Of a stretch of DNA of 64,000 nucleotides, positions 29,757-40,245 are shown piece after piece. Within the stretch, counting starts at the first letter, position 1, and the number at the start of each line of letters is the position of its first letter. The stretch covers positions 19,833 through 83,832 of the IMG/VR virus record IMGVR_UViG_3300023210_000021; one strand, given 5' to 3'. The stretch comes from a virus. The translations under genes were made by a program, and so were the position numbers. A model generated the notes under the pieces. That model saw only the letters and a list, made by a program, of their open reading frames with translations, did no database searches and was not told the origin of the DNA.

Positions 29757-32066
29757 TCAAATTGCACACGCACCAGATTCACAATCATCCATATCCATCA
29801 ACAAAACTTCCTCACTAGCATTTTGTGTGTTTGTTATCATTTCATCTAATTTATCTGATTTATAGTCTTTTGAGTTAGAATAGTAGATTTGTTTACCACC
29901 AAATTTATAGAAATTTAATATATCCTTTGCCACTTCAGATATTGGTAAGTCATTACCTTCATATTTTCTTGGGTCGTAATAATGATTTACTGATATACCT
30001 TGATCAAAATACTTCTGTATTATAGAAACAATATTATTCATTGCGGTATTATCAAAACCCCAAGCAAATTGATATTTGTTTTTATATTTTGCGACTTCAG
30101 GTACAACAACTGGTAATGGCGCACCGCTCTTAGATTTTTTAACCACAATAAGTTTTCTAGGTGCTTCAATACCATTTGTAGATGAGGATACTACCGATGA
30201 ACTTTCACAAGGCATCTGAGCAGTAACCGTAGAATTCCTTAATCCATACTCTAAGATATCCTTTCTTAATGTTTGCCAATCCATTGTTAACTCTCTATCA
30301 ACAATTTTGTCTACATTTTTATTATAATGGTCAATTGGTAATAACCCTTTAGAGTATTTTGTTCTATTAAAGTATTCACAAGCACCTTCTTCTTTCGCTA
30401 ACTGATTTGATGCTTTTAATAAATAGTATTGGATATTCTCAAATAACTCGTCTATCCTTCCTAATGATGTGGAATCATCATAAGATAAACCATTCTTAAC
30501 CAACCAATAAGCAAAGTTTGTTACACCAACACCAATTGATCTTCTCTTTAACATTTTTCTTGCCGCCTCAATAGGGTAGTCTTGATAACTTATTACACTA
30601 TCTAAACTTCTAACAATGTATTCACACACAATTTCTAACTCATCTAAATTTTTAATCGACCCTAAGTTAATTGCTGCTAATACACAAAGTGCAATTTCTG
30701 CGTCTGTATCGTCTCCATCATCAATGTGTTGTATTGGTGTGGTCGGTAGATTTATTTCTGTACAAAGATTAGACATTCTAATCATATCTAAGAAAGCAGA
30801 ATGATCATTAGCGTTATCTATATTCATAATATAAATTCTACCAGTCTCAATTCTTTCTTGTATTAGTTTGTCTAATAAATTCCTAGCACTTACTTCTCTT
30901 CTTGGTATGGTGACATCTTTTTCATATTTTTCATATAAAGGATCAAACTTTTCATTATCACCAAAAACCTCATATAATCCAGGAACATCAGATGGGGAGA
31001 AAAGAGAAATATTTTTATCTTCCACAAAACGTTTGTAAAAAAGTCTACTAAACTGAATCGCGTGATCCATTCTTCTAACCCTATTTAATTCGTTACCCCT
31101 ATTATTTTTTAATACAACAATATCTTCCGCCTCTAAATGCCAGAATGGGTAATAAGCTGTTGCCGCACCACCCCTAATTCCTCCTTGTGAACAAGATTTA
31201 ACAGTACCCTCAAACATCTTTAAGAATGGGATTATTCCTGTGTGAACAGCTTCTCCATTTCTTATTTTAGAGCCAATACCTCTTAATCGAAAATTCAAAC
31301 CAATTCCAGCTCTTTTAGAAATATATTTACCTACCGCAGTATTAGAGTGAAAGATAGAATCTAAATTATCGTCAACGTCAATTAACACACACGATGAGTA
31401 TTGTCTTGTTGGGGTTCTTACCCCAGCAACTATTGGTGTTGGTAGTGATATCTTGTGAGTCGATATTAAGTCGTAGAATGTTTTTACCATTTTTAACCTT
31501 TCTGACCCCTCTTTATTCGCAAATAAAGTCATAGAAATTAACATATACATAAATTGTGGTGTTTCGTAAACCACATCTGTTTTTCTATCTTTAATCAGAT
31601 ATTTGTCAACTAATTGTTGTAGACCAGAATATGTTAACTCTTCATCCCTTTCATGTTTAATGTAAGACTCTATTTTATCATAATCATAGTCTGTATAGTG
31701 ATTAAGAATATCCTCATCATACACACCCCTATCTACATTTAACTTAACAAAATTCTTTAATCTAGGAAAGTTGTTATATGTATTGAATACTTCTTTTCTT
31801 AAAAGATAATTTAATAATTTACTAGCTACAAATTGATAGTTTGGTGTTTCCTCGGTAATCATATCCGCTGCTGATTGTATCAAAACTTTATGGATCTGAG
31901 TTGTGGTAATACCATCAAATAGTTGTAAGTGAGCGTTCATACCAACGTCAGAATAATTTACACTATTAATACCATTAACTGCCCATTCAAGTACTTTGTT
32001 TATTTTATCGTAGTTTAAGTCTTCATGACCACCTTTTCTTTTTATTACATTGATTTTTGACATCAT
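29757..32066 (-). CDS. nrdA: ribonucleotide reductase class Ia alpha subunit
   Basis: ATP cone (VIKRKG), SSCVL, SNLCTEI and C-terminal CESGAC. Confidence 0.97.
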   Translation of the reverse strand: MMSKINVIKRKGGHEDLNYDKINKVLEWAVNGINSVNYSDVGMNAHLQLFDGITTTQIHKVLIQSAADMITEETPNYQFVASKLLNYLLRKEVFNTYNNFPRLKNFVKLNVDRGVYDEDILNHYTDYDYDKIESYIKHERDEELTYSGLQQLVDKYLIKDRKTDVVYETPQFMYMLISMTLFANKEGSERLKMVKTFYDLISTHKISLPTPIVAGVRTPTRQYSSCVLIDVDDNLDSIFHSNTAVGKYISKRAGIGLNFRLRGIGSKIRNGEAVHTGIIPFLKMFEGTVKSCSQGGIRGGAATAYYPFWHLEAEDIVVLKNNRGNELNRVRRMDHAIQFSRLFYKRFVEDKNISLFSPSDVPGLYEVFGDNEKFDPLYEKYEKDVTIPRREVSARNLLDKLIQERIETGRIYIMNIDNANDHSAFLDMIRMSNLCTEINLPTTPIQHIDDGDDTDAEIALCVLAAINLGSIKNLDELEIVCEYIVRSLDSVISYQDYPIEAARKMLKRRSIGVGVTNFAYWLVKNGLSYDDSTSLGRIDELFENIQYYLLKASNQLAKEEGACEYFNRTKYSKGLLPIDHYNKNVDKIVDRELTMDWQTLRKDILEYGLRNSTVTAQMPCESSSVVSSSTNGIEAPRKLIVVKKSKSGAPLPVVVPEVAKYKNKYQFAWGFDNTAMNNIVSIIQKYFDQGISVNHYYDPRKYEGNDLPISEVAKDILNFYKFGGKQIYYSNSKDYKSDKLDEMITNTQNASEEVLLMDMDDCESGACAI

Positions 32067-32145
32067 TTTAATTTTAATTTTTACTAAAAATTAGGGGTGC
32101 TTATTTCATTACCATTGACTGATTTAACACTTACCCCTAAATTAT

Positions 32146-33549
32146 TTACCCCTGTTTGTTTTTCTTAGCCATTCTAGCGTCTCTTTTATTCAACGCATCA
32201 ACCACTAAATTTGATCTTTTTTGATCCTCACCTTTTTCAAATTGTAAAAATGAAACATCACTAGTATCTTCAGTATCAATAACTAATGTACCATTATCAA
32301 AAACAATATCTTCGAATATAATACCATCTTTACCAAACCTAGATTTAAGTATCGCCATAGTTGCTCTACCTTCCTCTTTTTGTTCTAGTGTTTTTGCGAC
32401 AGACATAATAAAGTGACCAATTTGTCCTTTCTTAATAGAACCACCAATCATATCAGCTTCAACTACATTAGCACCTATCGAACTTCTATTACCCTGTATA
32501 GCTGTCCAACCAGCAATATCTAATTCAGAAATCATAGTTTCAAATTGTCTCATAATTGGACCTTCTCCAGAATATTCATCCCTATATTGTTTTGTACTCT
32601 CCACACAATCAATGTAATCTAAGAATAAGATATCGGGTTTATTACCCAATGACGTTAGTTTTCTTAAATATTGTTTAATATGTGGGATGGTTGTTCCATC
32701 ACTAGGCATCTTCTTTAATATAAGACTACCCTTTTGTCTGTCCTGAAATTTAGCAATTGCGGTTCTTACCTCATCTTTTCTTTCAGTCAACTCATTCAAT
32801 GAAATCTCTGACCAACAAGTATAATGTTTTCTCTGAATAACCTTTGGGTTATCTTCAAAGAATATTTGTACCACATTATAACCTAAGTTATATGCTGTAT
32901 TCGCCATTCTAGTAACTAATGTAGTTTTACCCACACCGAATGGTGCTAGAATCACACCTAGTTCTCCTTTTGATAATCCTCCATCCATTAAGTTATCTAA
33001 CCCCACTAACCCTGTTGGTATAGGTTTTCTGAAATCATCAGACAACACATCCTCAACTGCGTGAAATACATCGATACCACTATCGGCTTCTGTACCAACA
33101 GAAAGAGCATCTTTCATAATTTCTTCACATTCATCATAACGATCGAAGTCACCTGACTCCATAATTTTCTGAATTTTCTGTGTAGCCTTTTTCAACTCTT
33201 GTTGTTTGCAAAATTGTATCGCTGTATCTTGAATGTGGAAACAATCTTTATTATCAGTGTTTTGAATCTCCTCAATCATAGCCATTGCAGATTCTCTTGC
33301 AATTTCTCGCTTGATATCTTTATTAACTAATTGTTTGATTGTATCATATATCGGAATTGTCTCATACTTTTCGTGATAGTCTTTAACACTCGCAATCAAT
33401 AACCTTAAATATTCATTATCAAAATATTGTGGGTCAAGAATATCAATTATACCCTCTGAAAACTTAACGTCTTCCACTACCTGTTTAGCTAACTTTACCT
33501 GAAAACCATACCCTAAAAAACCTAAGTTTTTACTTTCTTTTTTCGCCAT
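32146..33549 (-). CDS. replicative DnaB-like helicase (T4 gp41-like)
   Basis: PTGLVGLDNLMDGG, Walker A APFGVGKT, Walker B LFLDYID and KSRFG arginine finger. Confidence 0.92.
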   Translation of the reverse strand: MAKKESKNLGFLGYGFQVKLAKQVVEDVKFSEGIIDILDPQYFDNEYLRLLIASVKDYHEKYETIPIYDTIKQLVNKDIKREIARESAMAMIEEIQNTDNKDCFHIQDTAIQFCKQQELKKATQKIQKIMESGDFDRYDECEEIMKDALSVGTEADSGIDVFHAVEDVLSDDFRKPIPTGLVGLDNLMDGGLSKGELGVILAPFGVGKTTLVTRMANTAYNLGYNVVQIFFEDNPKVIQRKHYTCWSEISLNELTERKDEVRTAIAKFQDRQKGSLILKKMPSDGTTIPHIKQYLRKLTSLGNKPDILFLDYIDCVESTKQYRDEYSGEGPIMRQFETMISELDIAGWTAIQGNRSSIGANVVEADMIGGSIKKGQIGHFIMSVAKTLEQKEEGRATMAILKSRFGKDGIIFEDIVFDNGTLVIDTEDTSDVSFLQFEKGEDQKRSNLVVDALNKRDARMAKKNKQG

Positions 33550-33583
33550 ATCTTTTGAAATGTTTGTTATAAATAAATATCAA

Positions 33584-34048
33584 TTAAAGTGCGATTCCTC
33601 CATATTCTTTTGATAAATTTTCCTCACTTAACGTTTCTTGTATTGTAGATATGATAGAGGGTATAAGTTTTCTAATATCCACATCATATCTCACTTTTGG
33701 TGGGTACCAATTTCCACTAAACATTTTAGTTGCCACAGTTCTACCAAACGCACGTATCTCAAATGTGAAGATGTCTTCATTATCAAAAACATTTCTTCTG
33801 TCGATATCATCCTCATTTTGTTTCTCATATGAGTTATAATATTTATACGAGTAATCCTCAGATTTTGCTTTGAATTGTTTTTCAATTACACTAACACAAT
33901 CGTCTATACATTCCTTCATCTCCATTGATCTAAGGGATTGTGAATTATAACCCTTAATACCAAAATTTCTACCCACAATCGGTCTTTCGTTACCATTAAT
34001 TCTTAAATAGAATTCAAATGGTAAATTATCATACTTTCTTTTATTCAT
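33584..34048 (-). CDS. hypothetical protein (154 aa)
   Basis: ATG-start ORF packed in the replication block. Confidence 0.7.
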   Translation of the reverse strand: MNKRKYDNLPFEFYLRINGNERPIVGRNFGIKGYNSQSLRSMEMKECIDDCVSVIEKQFKAKSEDYSYKYYNSYEKQNEDDIDRRNVFDNEDIFTFEIRAFGRTVATKMFSGNWYPPKVRYDVDIRKLIPSIISTIQETLSEENLSKEYGGIAL

Positions 34049-34052
34049 TTTT

Positions 34053-35090
34053 TTAATTTACTTGTTTAAAATACTTTTTTTCTTTTTTTATAATACTTAA
34101 AAATGGTCGTAGATACTCTATATACCCATCTCTACCACCAGGAATCGCCATAACAAACCCATCTTCAATCATCATACTTAAAACATTCTTTGTATTCCTA
34201 TCTTCTGGGTCTATCGGTGATTCAATTATGTTATCAACATTGTCTTTACAGTTTTCAGTCATTATTGGGTCAGTGAGATTAATTATCCTCTCATTTATCT
34301 CATATAACCTTTCACCCTGTACTCCAGTGGTAACACCGTTTAAAATATTGTCTAACGTTTTTAACCTCGTTTTCCTATCGTTTTGTATACCATTAATTTT
34401 AATGAAAATTTCACCCAATGTCAATTTTTTTTCACTTAACTCAGGGAAATATTTTAATAGGGTTTTTTCTTTAACACCTTTCACCCCTTTAATATTATCA
34501 CTACTATCACCAGTAATTATTTTTATTAAAGCAGAGTTACTTTGGTGGTGATCGAAATATTCACCATAATTATATTTTGATACGATTGTTCTCTTATTTA
34601 AAATATATATCGCAACCCTATCATCGATAAGTTGACACATATCTCTATCATTGGTTAGGATTACTACTTTTTCATCGTCTTTGATTTGAGAGCAGTAATA
34701 CCCAATACAATCATCAGCCTCACAAACCTCATCCTCATATTGTCGTATGAATAGTTCTTCTGCGTAAGCCTTAACTCTTTCTTTTTGTAAAAATAATGAT
34801 AAATCCTTTGGTTCGGTTACATTATAGAAATCTTTATCTCTATTAGACTTATATTCGTTGTAAATTTCATGTCGTAACCTACCACTGAATGGTCCATCCC
34901 AAAAGATGAACACCTTATCAAACCTATTTGTTGTAATAACTTTTCTTAGAAGAGAAAAAAACTGGAAGAGACCCCCAATGTGGGTGTCTTTATAATAGAG
35001 ATTCGAAGCTCCATGATACGCTGTTTTAATTAATGCATCACCATCTACTAATAGTGTATGATTAAATTTCTTTTTTGAGGGTCTTTCCAA
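34053..35090 (-). CDS. 5'-3' exonuclease / flap endonuclease (T4 RNase H-like)
   Basis: LLVDGD, WDG, YKSNR, EADD, TNDRD and GDSSDNIKGVKGV motifs. Confidence 0.92.
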   Translation of the reverse strand: MERPSKKKFNHTLLVDGDALIKTAYHGASNLYYKDTHIGGLFQFFSLLRKVITTNRFDKVFIFWDGPFSGRLRHEIYNEYKSNRDKDFYNVTEPKDLSLFLQKERVKAYAEELFIRQYEDEVCEADDCIGYYCSQIKDDEKVVILTNDRDMCQLIDDRVAIYILNKRTIVSKYNYGEYFDHHQSNSALIKIITGDSSDNIKGVKGVKEKTLLKYFPELSEKKLTLGEIFIKINGIQNDRKTRLKTLDNILNGVTTGVQGERLYEINERIINLTDPIMTENCKDNVDNIIESPIDPEDRNTKNVLSMMIEDGFVMAIPGGRDGYIEYLRPFLSIIKKEKKYFKQVN

Positions 35091-35123
35091 TTTTCATAAT
35101 TAACGGATTAAACAATATATTAA

Positions 35124-36155
35124 TTAATCGTCAGAAGTACTGATTTCAGCCTCTAACACATCTTCTTCATCTAACGTAAAATCTACTGAAGTACCTGCCT
35201 TTTCAAATACTTCTGACCAATAATCTTTATGTTCAGTTTTGTATTTTTCAATAGACTCTTTACTATCTTCGATGAATCCATGTGTGGTTGCTAATAACCT
35301 ACAATCAGCATACCCTAAACCATTCATATGATTTTTATGTATACCTACCTTTGTACGAATAGCAAAATTAACTTTCCTTCCTGAGGCACCTGCATTCAAT
35401 TTAGATACACCAGCACTTTTCTGATTTCCAAATAGGAATACTAAAGCGCAAGATAAGTATATTGATTGACCACCTTTCGGCTGTATCTTTGGTTTTTGAC
35501 CGAAACCATCTGGTGTCTCTACCCAAGGTTGGTTGACGAAAATCATCGTATTAGTATATGGTGATTTTTCTTTCCTAGATGCGGTAATTCTTTGTGCCAG
35601 ACCCATACCCCATTTTTCAGAGATTGCTCTCGCAGTATGTTGATTACCACCTTTACCTTCGAAACTCATTAGACAAGGTATTGTACCAACTGAATCCCAT
35701 AAGAATAGAATATCATGTGGAATTTCACCTTTCTTCTGAGCATCAAGTACATCAGTTACGTATTGGAATGCTTCTTCTATGTAATCAAAACCTAATTTGT
35801 AGAGTAAGTGACCACCCCAATAGGCTTCGTCACCATCTTCTACATATTCTGTCTCTAAACCCATAAGTTTAGCATGTTCAAAACTCCATTTCTGTTCAGT
35901 AATAATGAATACAGGTAACACACCTTTCTTCTGAGCATCTATTGCTGCTTGAATTAATGCGGTAGTCTTACCAGTATCAGAATGACCTAAAAACATATTA
36001 ACCTGACCCATAGCTGGTCCAGGAACTCCTGTCGCTTTATGAAATGGTTCTCCACAATCAAAATACTTTTGATCTTTGTATTTATCACTTGTGGAGAACT
36101 TTTTTCTTATAGAGGAAAAGTCTGTTTTTTTCTTTTTAATAGGTGTCTTTGACAT
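35124..36155 (-). CDS. recA: RecA/UvsX-like recombinase
   Basis: Walker A GHSDTGKT, LWDSVG Walker B, FVNQ and PKGG motifs. Confidence 0.88.
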   Translation of the reverse strand: MSKTPIKKKKTDFSSIRKKFSTSDKYKDQKYFDCGEPFHKATGVPGPAMGQVNMFLGHSDTGKTTALIQAAIDAQKKGVLPVFIITEQKWSFEHAKLMGLETEYVEDGDEAYWGGHLLYKLGFDYIEEAFQYVTDVLDAQKKGEIPHDILFLWDSVGTIPCLMSFEGKGGNQHTARAISEKWGMGLAQRITASRKEKSPYTNTMIFVNQPWVETPDGFGQKPKIQPKGGQSIYLSCALVFLFGNQKSAGVSKLNAGASGRKVNFAIRTKVGIHKNHMNGLGYADCRLLATTHGFIEDSKESIEKYKTEHKDYWSEVFEKAGTSVDFTLDEEDVLEAEISTSDD

Positions 36156-36165
36156 AATACTTTAA

Positions 36166-37086
36166 TTAAAACGGTAACTCGTCATCGTCATCATCATTTC
36201 CACCAGCGGTTTCTAACGATGTAACTTCAACTTCCTTTTCTAACTCTTTTGAGTCGGTTTCACCCATAGATCCCATCATATTGATTTCTTCTTCCAATGA
36301 AGCCGTTTCTTTCTCATCTTTATCTTCCTCAGCAACGTATTTCTTTTGTTCAGAATCCCAAACTGGTGTCTTTTGTTCTGCAACAATAGTAACAAATTCA
36401 GGGGATTTTACAGCGTATACATCTCTCCAAGTTTCGGAATTACCTATCCACTCTTTTGCCTCTGCCGATTTAGGGTCAGTTATTACTGCCTCATCTTCTG
36501 GCATAATAGATGTTACTACCGACCAACCTTTTTCATTACGAACAGTACTGATAGTAATATCTCTACCCGTTCTTGGATCCATAATGTTTCCTTTTCTTTT
36601 TAGAATTGGAATTAGTTTGTCCATTACACCATCACCTGTGTATTTATGTTTGAATCTCCAAAATTTAACACCATGATCGGCGTTATCTCTATCAATCCCT
36701 TTAACAACATAAAATTTTCTTGCGGTATATGTTGACCCTAATAGTTTTGCTTTCTTACTACCATCTTCATATAAAGCGTCTTTTGCTTCACAAATTTTAC
36801 AATCTCCACCATCGTTTAACTTTGCACAATGGATTTTTTCGAATTTACTATTCACACTCAATTCGTGGTAATAAGCCTCTACGAATGGAGATTTTGTAGG
36901 GTCGCTAGATGGTAATATTCTAAATGTTTTTTCAGCGGATTTCTCACCCTTTTTCAACTTTTCTGTGAAGTATTTTTTTAGTCTTTCTTCATTAGACATC
37001 TTTGGTTTGTTGCCACCCCTATTTTCAGTATTTTTTTCATACTGATTAAGAATCGCATCTAATGGATTTATTGTTTCTTTTCCCAT
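36166..37086 (-). CDS. single-stranded DNA-binding protein (T4 gp32-like)
   Basis: FRILP, CKIC, DPRTGRDI and acidic tail DDDDELPF. Confidence 0.85.
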   Translation of the reverse strand: MGKETINPLDAILNQYEKNTENRGGNKPKMSNEERLKKYFTEKLKKGEKSAEKTFRILPSSDPTKSPFVEAYYHELSVNSKFEKIHCAKLNDGGDCKICEAKDALYEDGSKKAKLLGSTYTARKFYVVKGIDRDNADHGVKFWRFKHKYTGDGVMDKLIPILKRKGNIMDPRTGRDITISTVRNEKGWSVVTSIMPEDEAVITDPKSAEAKEWIGNSETWRDVYAVKSPEFVTIVAEQKTPVWDSEQKKYVAEEDKDEKETASLEEEINMMGSMGETDSKELEKEVEVTSLETAGGNDDDDDELPF

Positions 37087-37130
37087 TTTAAATGATTTTT
37101 TTAATTGTTAATAAATTTGTTTAATATACT

Positions 37131-37161
37131 CAAATATAATCAGTTTTTCTTTAAAAGTCAA
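37131..37161 (-). promoter_or_regulatory. Bacteroidota-type promoter for the replication block
   Basis: Minus strand TTG (37161-37159), 20 nt spacer, TATATTTG (37138-37131). Confidence 0.7.
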
Positions 37162-37182
37162 CAAAGATATCGACTATAAAAT

Positions 37183-37220
37183 AAAAAACGGACAATGATT
37201 AATTATAATCAATGTCCGTT
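37183..37220 (-). terminator. intrinsic terminator
   Basis: AACGGACA...TGTCCGTT stem with a U tract on the minus strand, downstream of 37269..37832. Confidence 0.75.
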
Positions 37221-37268
37221 AAAGTATCAATACCCTTTCTAGGTTTTATGTATTTTTTTACGTATAAT

Positions 37269-37832
37269 CTACGATAATGCCTTTTCTATAATACCATAAC
37301 TTCTCATAATAGATTGTTTATAAGTTGTTCTTCTTACATCCATATCACCCTGCACAATCTTTATTAGACTTCCTTTTAAACCTGTTTTTTGTTGAACTAA
37401 TTTTTCAACTTCTTTATAAAGTTTAGGGTTTTTAGCAATTGCAATAAAAAGTGCTTCTGCAATTTCTTCTTCATCATCCCTTAACAACTGTTCAATTTTA
37501 TCATCTGATTTTGACATTTCAGATTCAAGCTCACTTGTTTGGTTTCTATATGGTACCGACCCAGGTTTACTATCAGTATCACCAAAAGCTAACACTATTG
37601 GTATTACGAATGATGCTGCAACATCAATCCAAGATGCGTTACTACCCCTCAAACCTAACGCCTTTATCAATGCATCTGCAATATCTTCCGAATCTTCGAA
37701 ATCTTCAAAATATTCATAATCTAATTCACCTAGAACTTCATCTTTAATTTTACTTAAACCTGTTTGTTCTTTAATTACTTTTCTAACAATTCTCGTTAAA
37801 TCGTTTTCTGTTAACCTTACTATTCTTTTCAT
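37269..37832 (-). CDS. leader-bearing hypothetical protein, possibly with an annexin-like repeat
   Basis: Leader MKRIVRLTENDLTRIVRKVIKEQ; helical body IADALIKALG...DEEEIAEAL...GSLIKIVQGDM. Confidence 0.6.
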   Translation of the reverse strand: MKRIVRLTENDLTRIVRKVIKEQTGLSKIKDEVLGELDYEYFEDFEDSEDIADALIKALGLRGSNASWIDVAASFVIPIVLAFGDTDSKPGSVPYRNQTSELESEMSKSDDKIEQLLRDDEEEIAEALFIAIAKNPKLYKEVEKLVQQKTGLKGSLIKIVQGDMDVRRTTYKQSIMRSYGIIEKALS

Positions 37833-37840
37833 AATAATTA

Positions 37841-38587
37841 TTAGTCTTTTTTAGGTTTAAATGTATTTCTTATGTCTGTTTCGTTGTAATCATAATCAAC
37901 CTCATCTTGTGTTAACGTATATTCTTTTTCTACTTCTTCACCACCTGTATCGTAACCTTCTCTATCTTCCCAGAAATCAGTTAACTTTACACTATACGGA
38001 AATGATTCCATTGATCTCATATTCAATTTTTCTACTGGTGTTGGGTTTCTTTGTATCACCTCTTTTTCTAATTCATCCATCTTAGAAATGATTTCATCCA
38101 TACCACCTAAACGGCTTTCTAATTCAGAAAATTTTCCCAATAAATCATCAACCTTAGAAGATACTTGTGCGGTTTCTTCTTTTGCTTCTTCTGTTTTGGT
38201 TACTATGTCAGTGACATCTACCTCAACTTGTTCTTCACCACCCATGTCATCCATTACTGGTTCTTCAGCAAATTCATTTTCTACAGGAATTTCACCACCA
38301 AAAGGATCTTCACTCATTGCTGGATCTTCCATCGGTATCTCTTCTTCACCCGCCATTGGATCTTCCATTGATGGTTCTTCAACAGGAATATCTTCTACCG
38401 GAATTTCGTCAGTAACTGGTTCTTCAACATCTGTTATTTCTTCCTCTTGTTCTTCAAGATTATCAAATAACAAATTCTCTGTCTCACCTTCTGGTTCATC
38501 ACCTTCTTCTGTAACATAAAAATTATATTCTAAAATTTGTTTATGTCTTTTAAGTTCTTCTTTTAATAATTCTTTTTTCTTATCCAT
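37841..38587 (-). CDS. acidic Pro/Glu-rich protein, possible prohead core/scaffold
   Basis: Low-complexity repeats (EIPVED, EEPSMEDP, EEIPMEDP) followed by a coiled coil; leader LLKEELKRHKQIL. Confidence 0.5.
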   Translation of the reverse strand: MDKKKELLKEELKRHKQILEYNFYVTEEGDEPEGETENLLFDNLEEQEEEITDVEEPVTDEIPVEDIPVEEPSMEDPMAGEEEIPMEDPAMSEDPFGGEIPVENEFAEEPVMDDMGGEEQVEVDVTDIVTKTEEAKEETAQVSSKVDDLLGKFSELESRLGGMDEIISKMDELEKEVIQRNPTPVEKLNMRSMESFPYSVKLTDFWEDREGYDTGGEEVEKEYTLTQDEVDYDYNETDIRNTFKPKKD

Positions 38588-38599
38588 AATTTTATATTT

Positions 38600-39607
38600 T
38601 TATAACCCATCCACACCTTTATCACTAGATTTAAATCTAATCCATGGATTAGATTTACCACCACCGATACTCGTTGAATTTCCTTTACCACTAGTAGTGA
38701 TACATTTTAATATATCAGAACGATTAATAAGATCTTTTTTACCAAATAATCTAGATAAACAAAATTTTAATTCATCACAATCAATACCTTTAAGGAAATC
38801 ACTATTGAATTTGCCACCAATACCCTTATCTGTCTTGTTTGAATCCTTTTTATCTGATTGTGTTTTTTCATCACAATCACATTTAGTATTACATAATAAT
38901 TTAGTGTAATCGTAATTATCACCTAATAATTCACAAATCTTTTTAAGTGTTTCTGCACCAACAACACCATCTACCTTTATTTTAGCATCTTTTTGAAAAC
39001 CCTGCACAGCCTTTTGTGTTTCACCTCTAAACTTACCATCACAGCTCTGATATTTCTCACTACAACCTGAGTCCATACCACCACCACTATGATCACTATT
39101 ATATGGTCCATATCCTTTCGCACCTTTAGCTAAATGATGTTGTATTAATTTCACAACATCACCTGTTGATCCATTTTTTGCGATCTTTCTCTTACATTTA
39201 ATTTCACAAACATCATCACCTTCTTGAATGATACCCTCATATGCCTCATTTAATAAGACCTTATTAGATTCTTCCATAATGTTTTTTCCTGGAAACCCAC
39301 CTAGGTGTATATCATCTCCTGTTCCCATATATTTAATGAAGTCGTTGGTGTTATCCTCATCTTCCTTTAATCTTTCATCATAATAGTCAGCGTTTTTTGT
39401 CATATCCTTATTGTATTTGACATTATCAACTAACATATAAATCATGTTATCATCACCAGTTTCCTCAACCCATTTTTTTGACTTTTCGGGGTTATCTTCA
39501 ATAAGTTTGACAACCTGATCATACAAACCACCAGAGGATTGTTCATTTAATAATGATTTATTAGCTTCTTCCATAAGAAGTCTTTTTTCTCTTGCTAATC
39601 TACCCAT
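38600..39607 (-). CDS. peptidoglycan-binding domain protein with a duplicated leader
   Basis: GSTGDVVKLIQHHL...DGKFRGETQKAVQGFQ...VDGVVGAET is a PG_binding_1-type domain. Confidence 0.75.
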   Translation of the reverse strand: MGRLAREKRLLMEEANKSLLNEQSSGGLYDQVVKLIEDNPEKSKKWVEETGDDNMIYMLVDNVKYNKDMTKNADYYDERLKEDEDNTNDFIKYMGTGDDIHLGGFPGKNIMEESNKVLLNEAYEGIIQEGDDVCEIKCKRKIAKNGSTGDVVKLIQHHLAKGAKGYGPYNSDHSGGGMDSGCSEKYQSCDGKFRGETQKAVQGFQKDAKIKVDGVVGAETLKKICELLGDNYDYTKLLCNTKCDCDEKTQSDKKDSNKTDKGIGGKFNSDFLKGIDCDELKFCLSRLFGKKDLINRSDILKCITTSGKGNSTSIGGGKSNPWIRFKSSDKGVDGL

Positions 39608-39795
39608 TACATTAATAATTGTCTACCGTCAGTTGTCTTATAAACCTTATCTACTCTTTCTACAATTTCTTTACCATCATTGATAATACATTCTTCACCA
39701 ACACACTCTTGTTCGGTATCATTTTTTGTTCCTAAAAAATCATCCAAATTGTTTTCTAATTCTTGATTCTTTTTAATATCTTTTTCGTTTAACAT
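39607..39795 (-). CDS. small hypothetical protein (62 aa)
   Basis: ATG start, preceded by a TATTTAT motif, 1-nt overlap with the next gene. Confidence 0.65.
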   Translation of the reverse strand: MLNEKDIKKNQELENNLDDFLGTKNDTEQECVGEECIINDGKEIVERVDKVYKTTDGRQLLM

Positions 39796-39840
39796 AACAT
39801 TAAATTTTATAATTGTTATTTACTAATAAATATACGATTA

Positions 39841-40245
39841 TTAAGAAAAAACACGTTTAATGTTATTAACAACTAAACCTTCTTTGTTGGTTAATATCAT
39901 TTTGTTTTGAAATTTTTCCCAATCAATCTGGTAATTTTTATGTTCTATGTTACCACTATCTAAATTATGTTCACGTTCAATTAGGCTATTAAGTGCATTG
40001 ATTGTGTAGAAACACTCACCTTTTTTATGTACAATAATTGTGGTAGGGTAGATACTTTTTAAATCCACTCTTTTTCCATTTTTAAGAAATACCTTGTATG
40101 TTACTATATTTTGGGTTGGTTCATCTTCATTTTTATATACGAAAATTCTATCCCTATTCATTTTGAACCTTTTAATTAAATAGTCCAAAAACGTCTCTAA
40201 TCTCTCTGTGGAGACGAAAGACGCTAAAATTATACTTCTATCCAT
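39841..40245 (-). CDS. hypothetical protein (134 aa)
   Basis: ATG-start ORF overlapping the upstream gene. Confidence 0.7.
   Translation of the reverse strand: MDRSIILASFVSTERLETFLDYLIKRFKMNRDRIFVYKNEDEPTQNIVTYKVFLKNGKRVDLKSIYPTTIIVHKKGECFYTINALNSLIEREHNLDSGNIEHKNYQIDWEKFQNKMILTNKEGLVVNNIKRVFS

Noticed and set aside
28598-36155. Introns or inteins in nrdA, nrdB, helicase or recA
   Set aside because: Protein lengths are normal, with no intein splice motifs or frame breaks.
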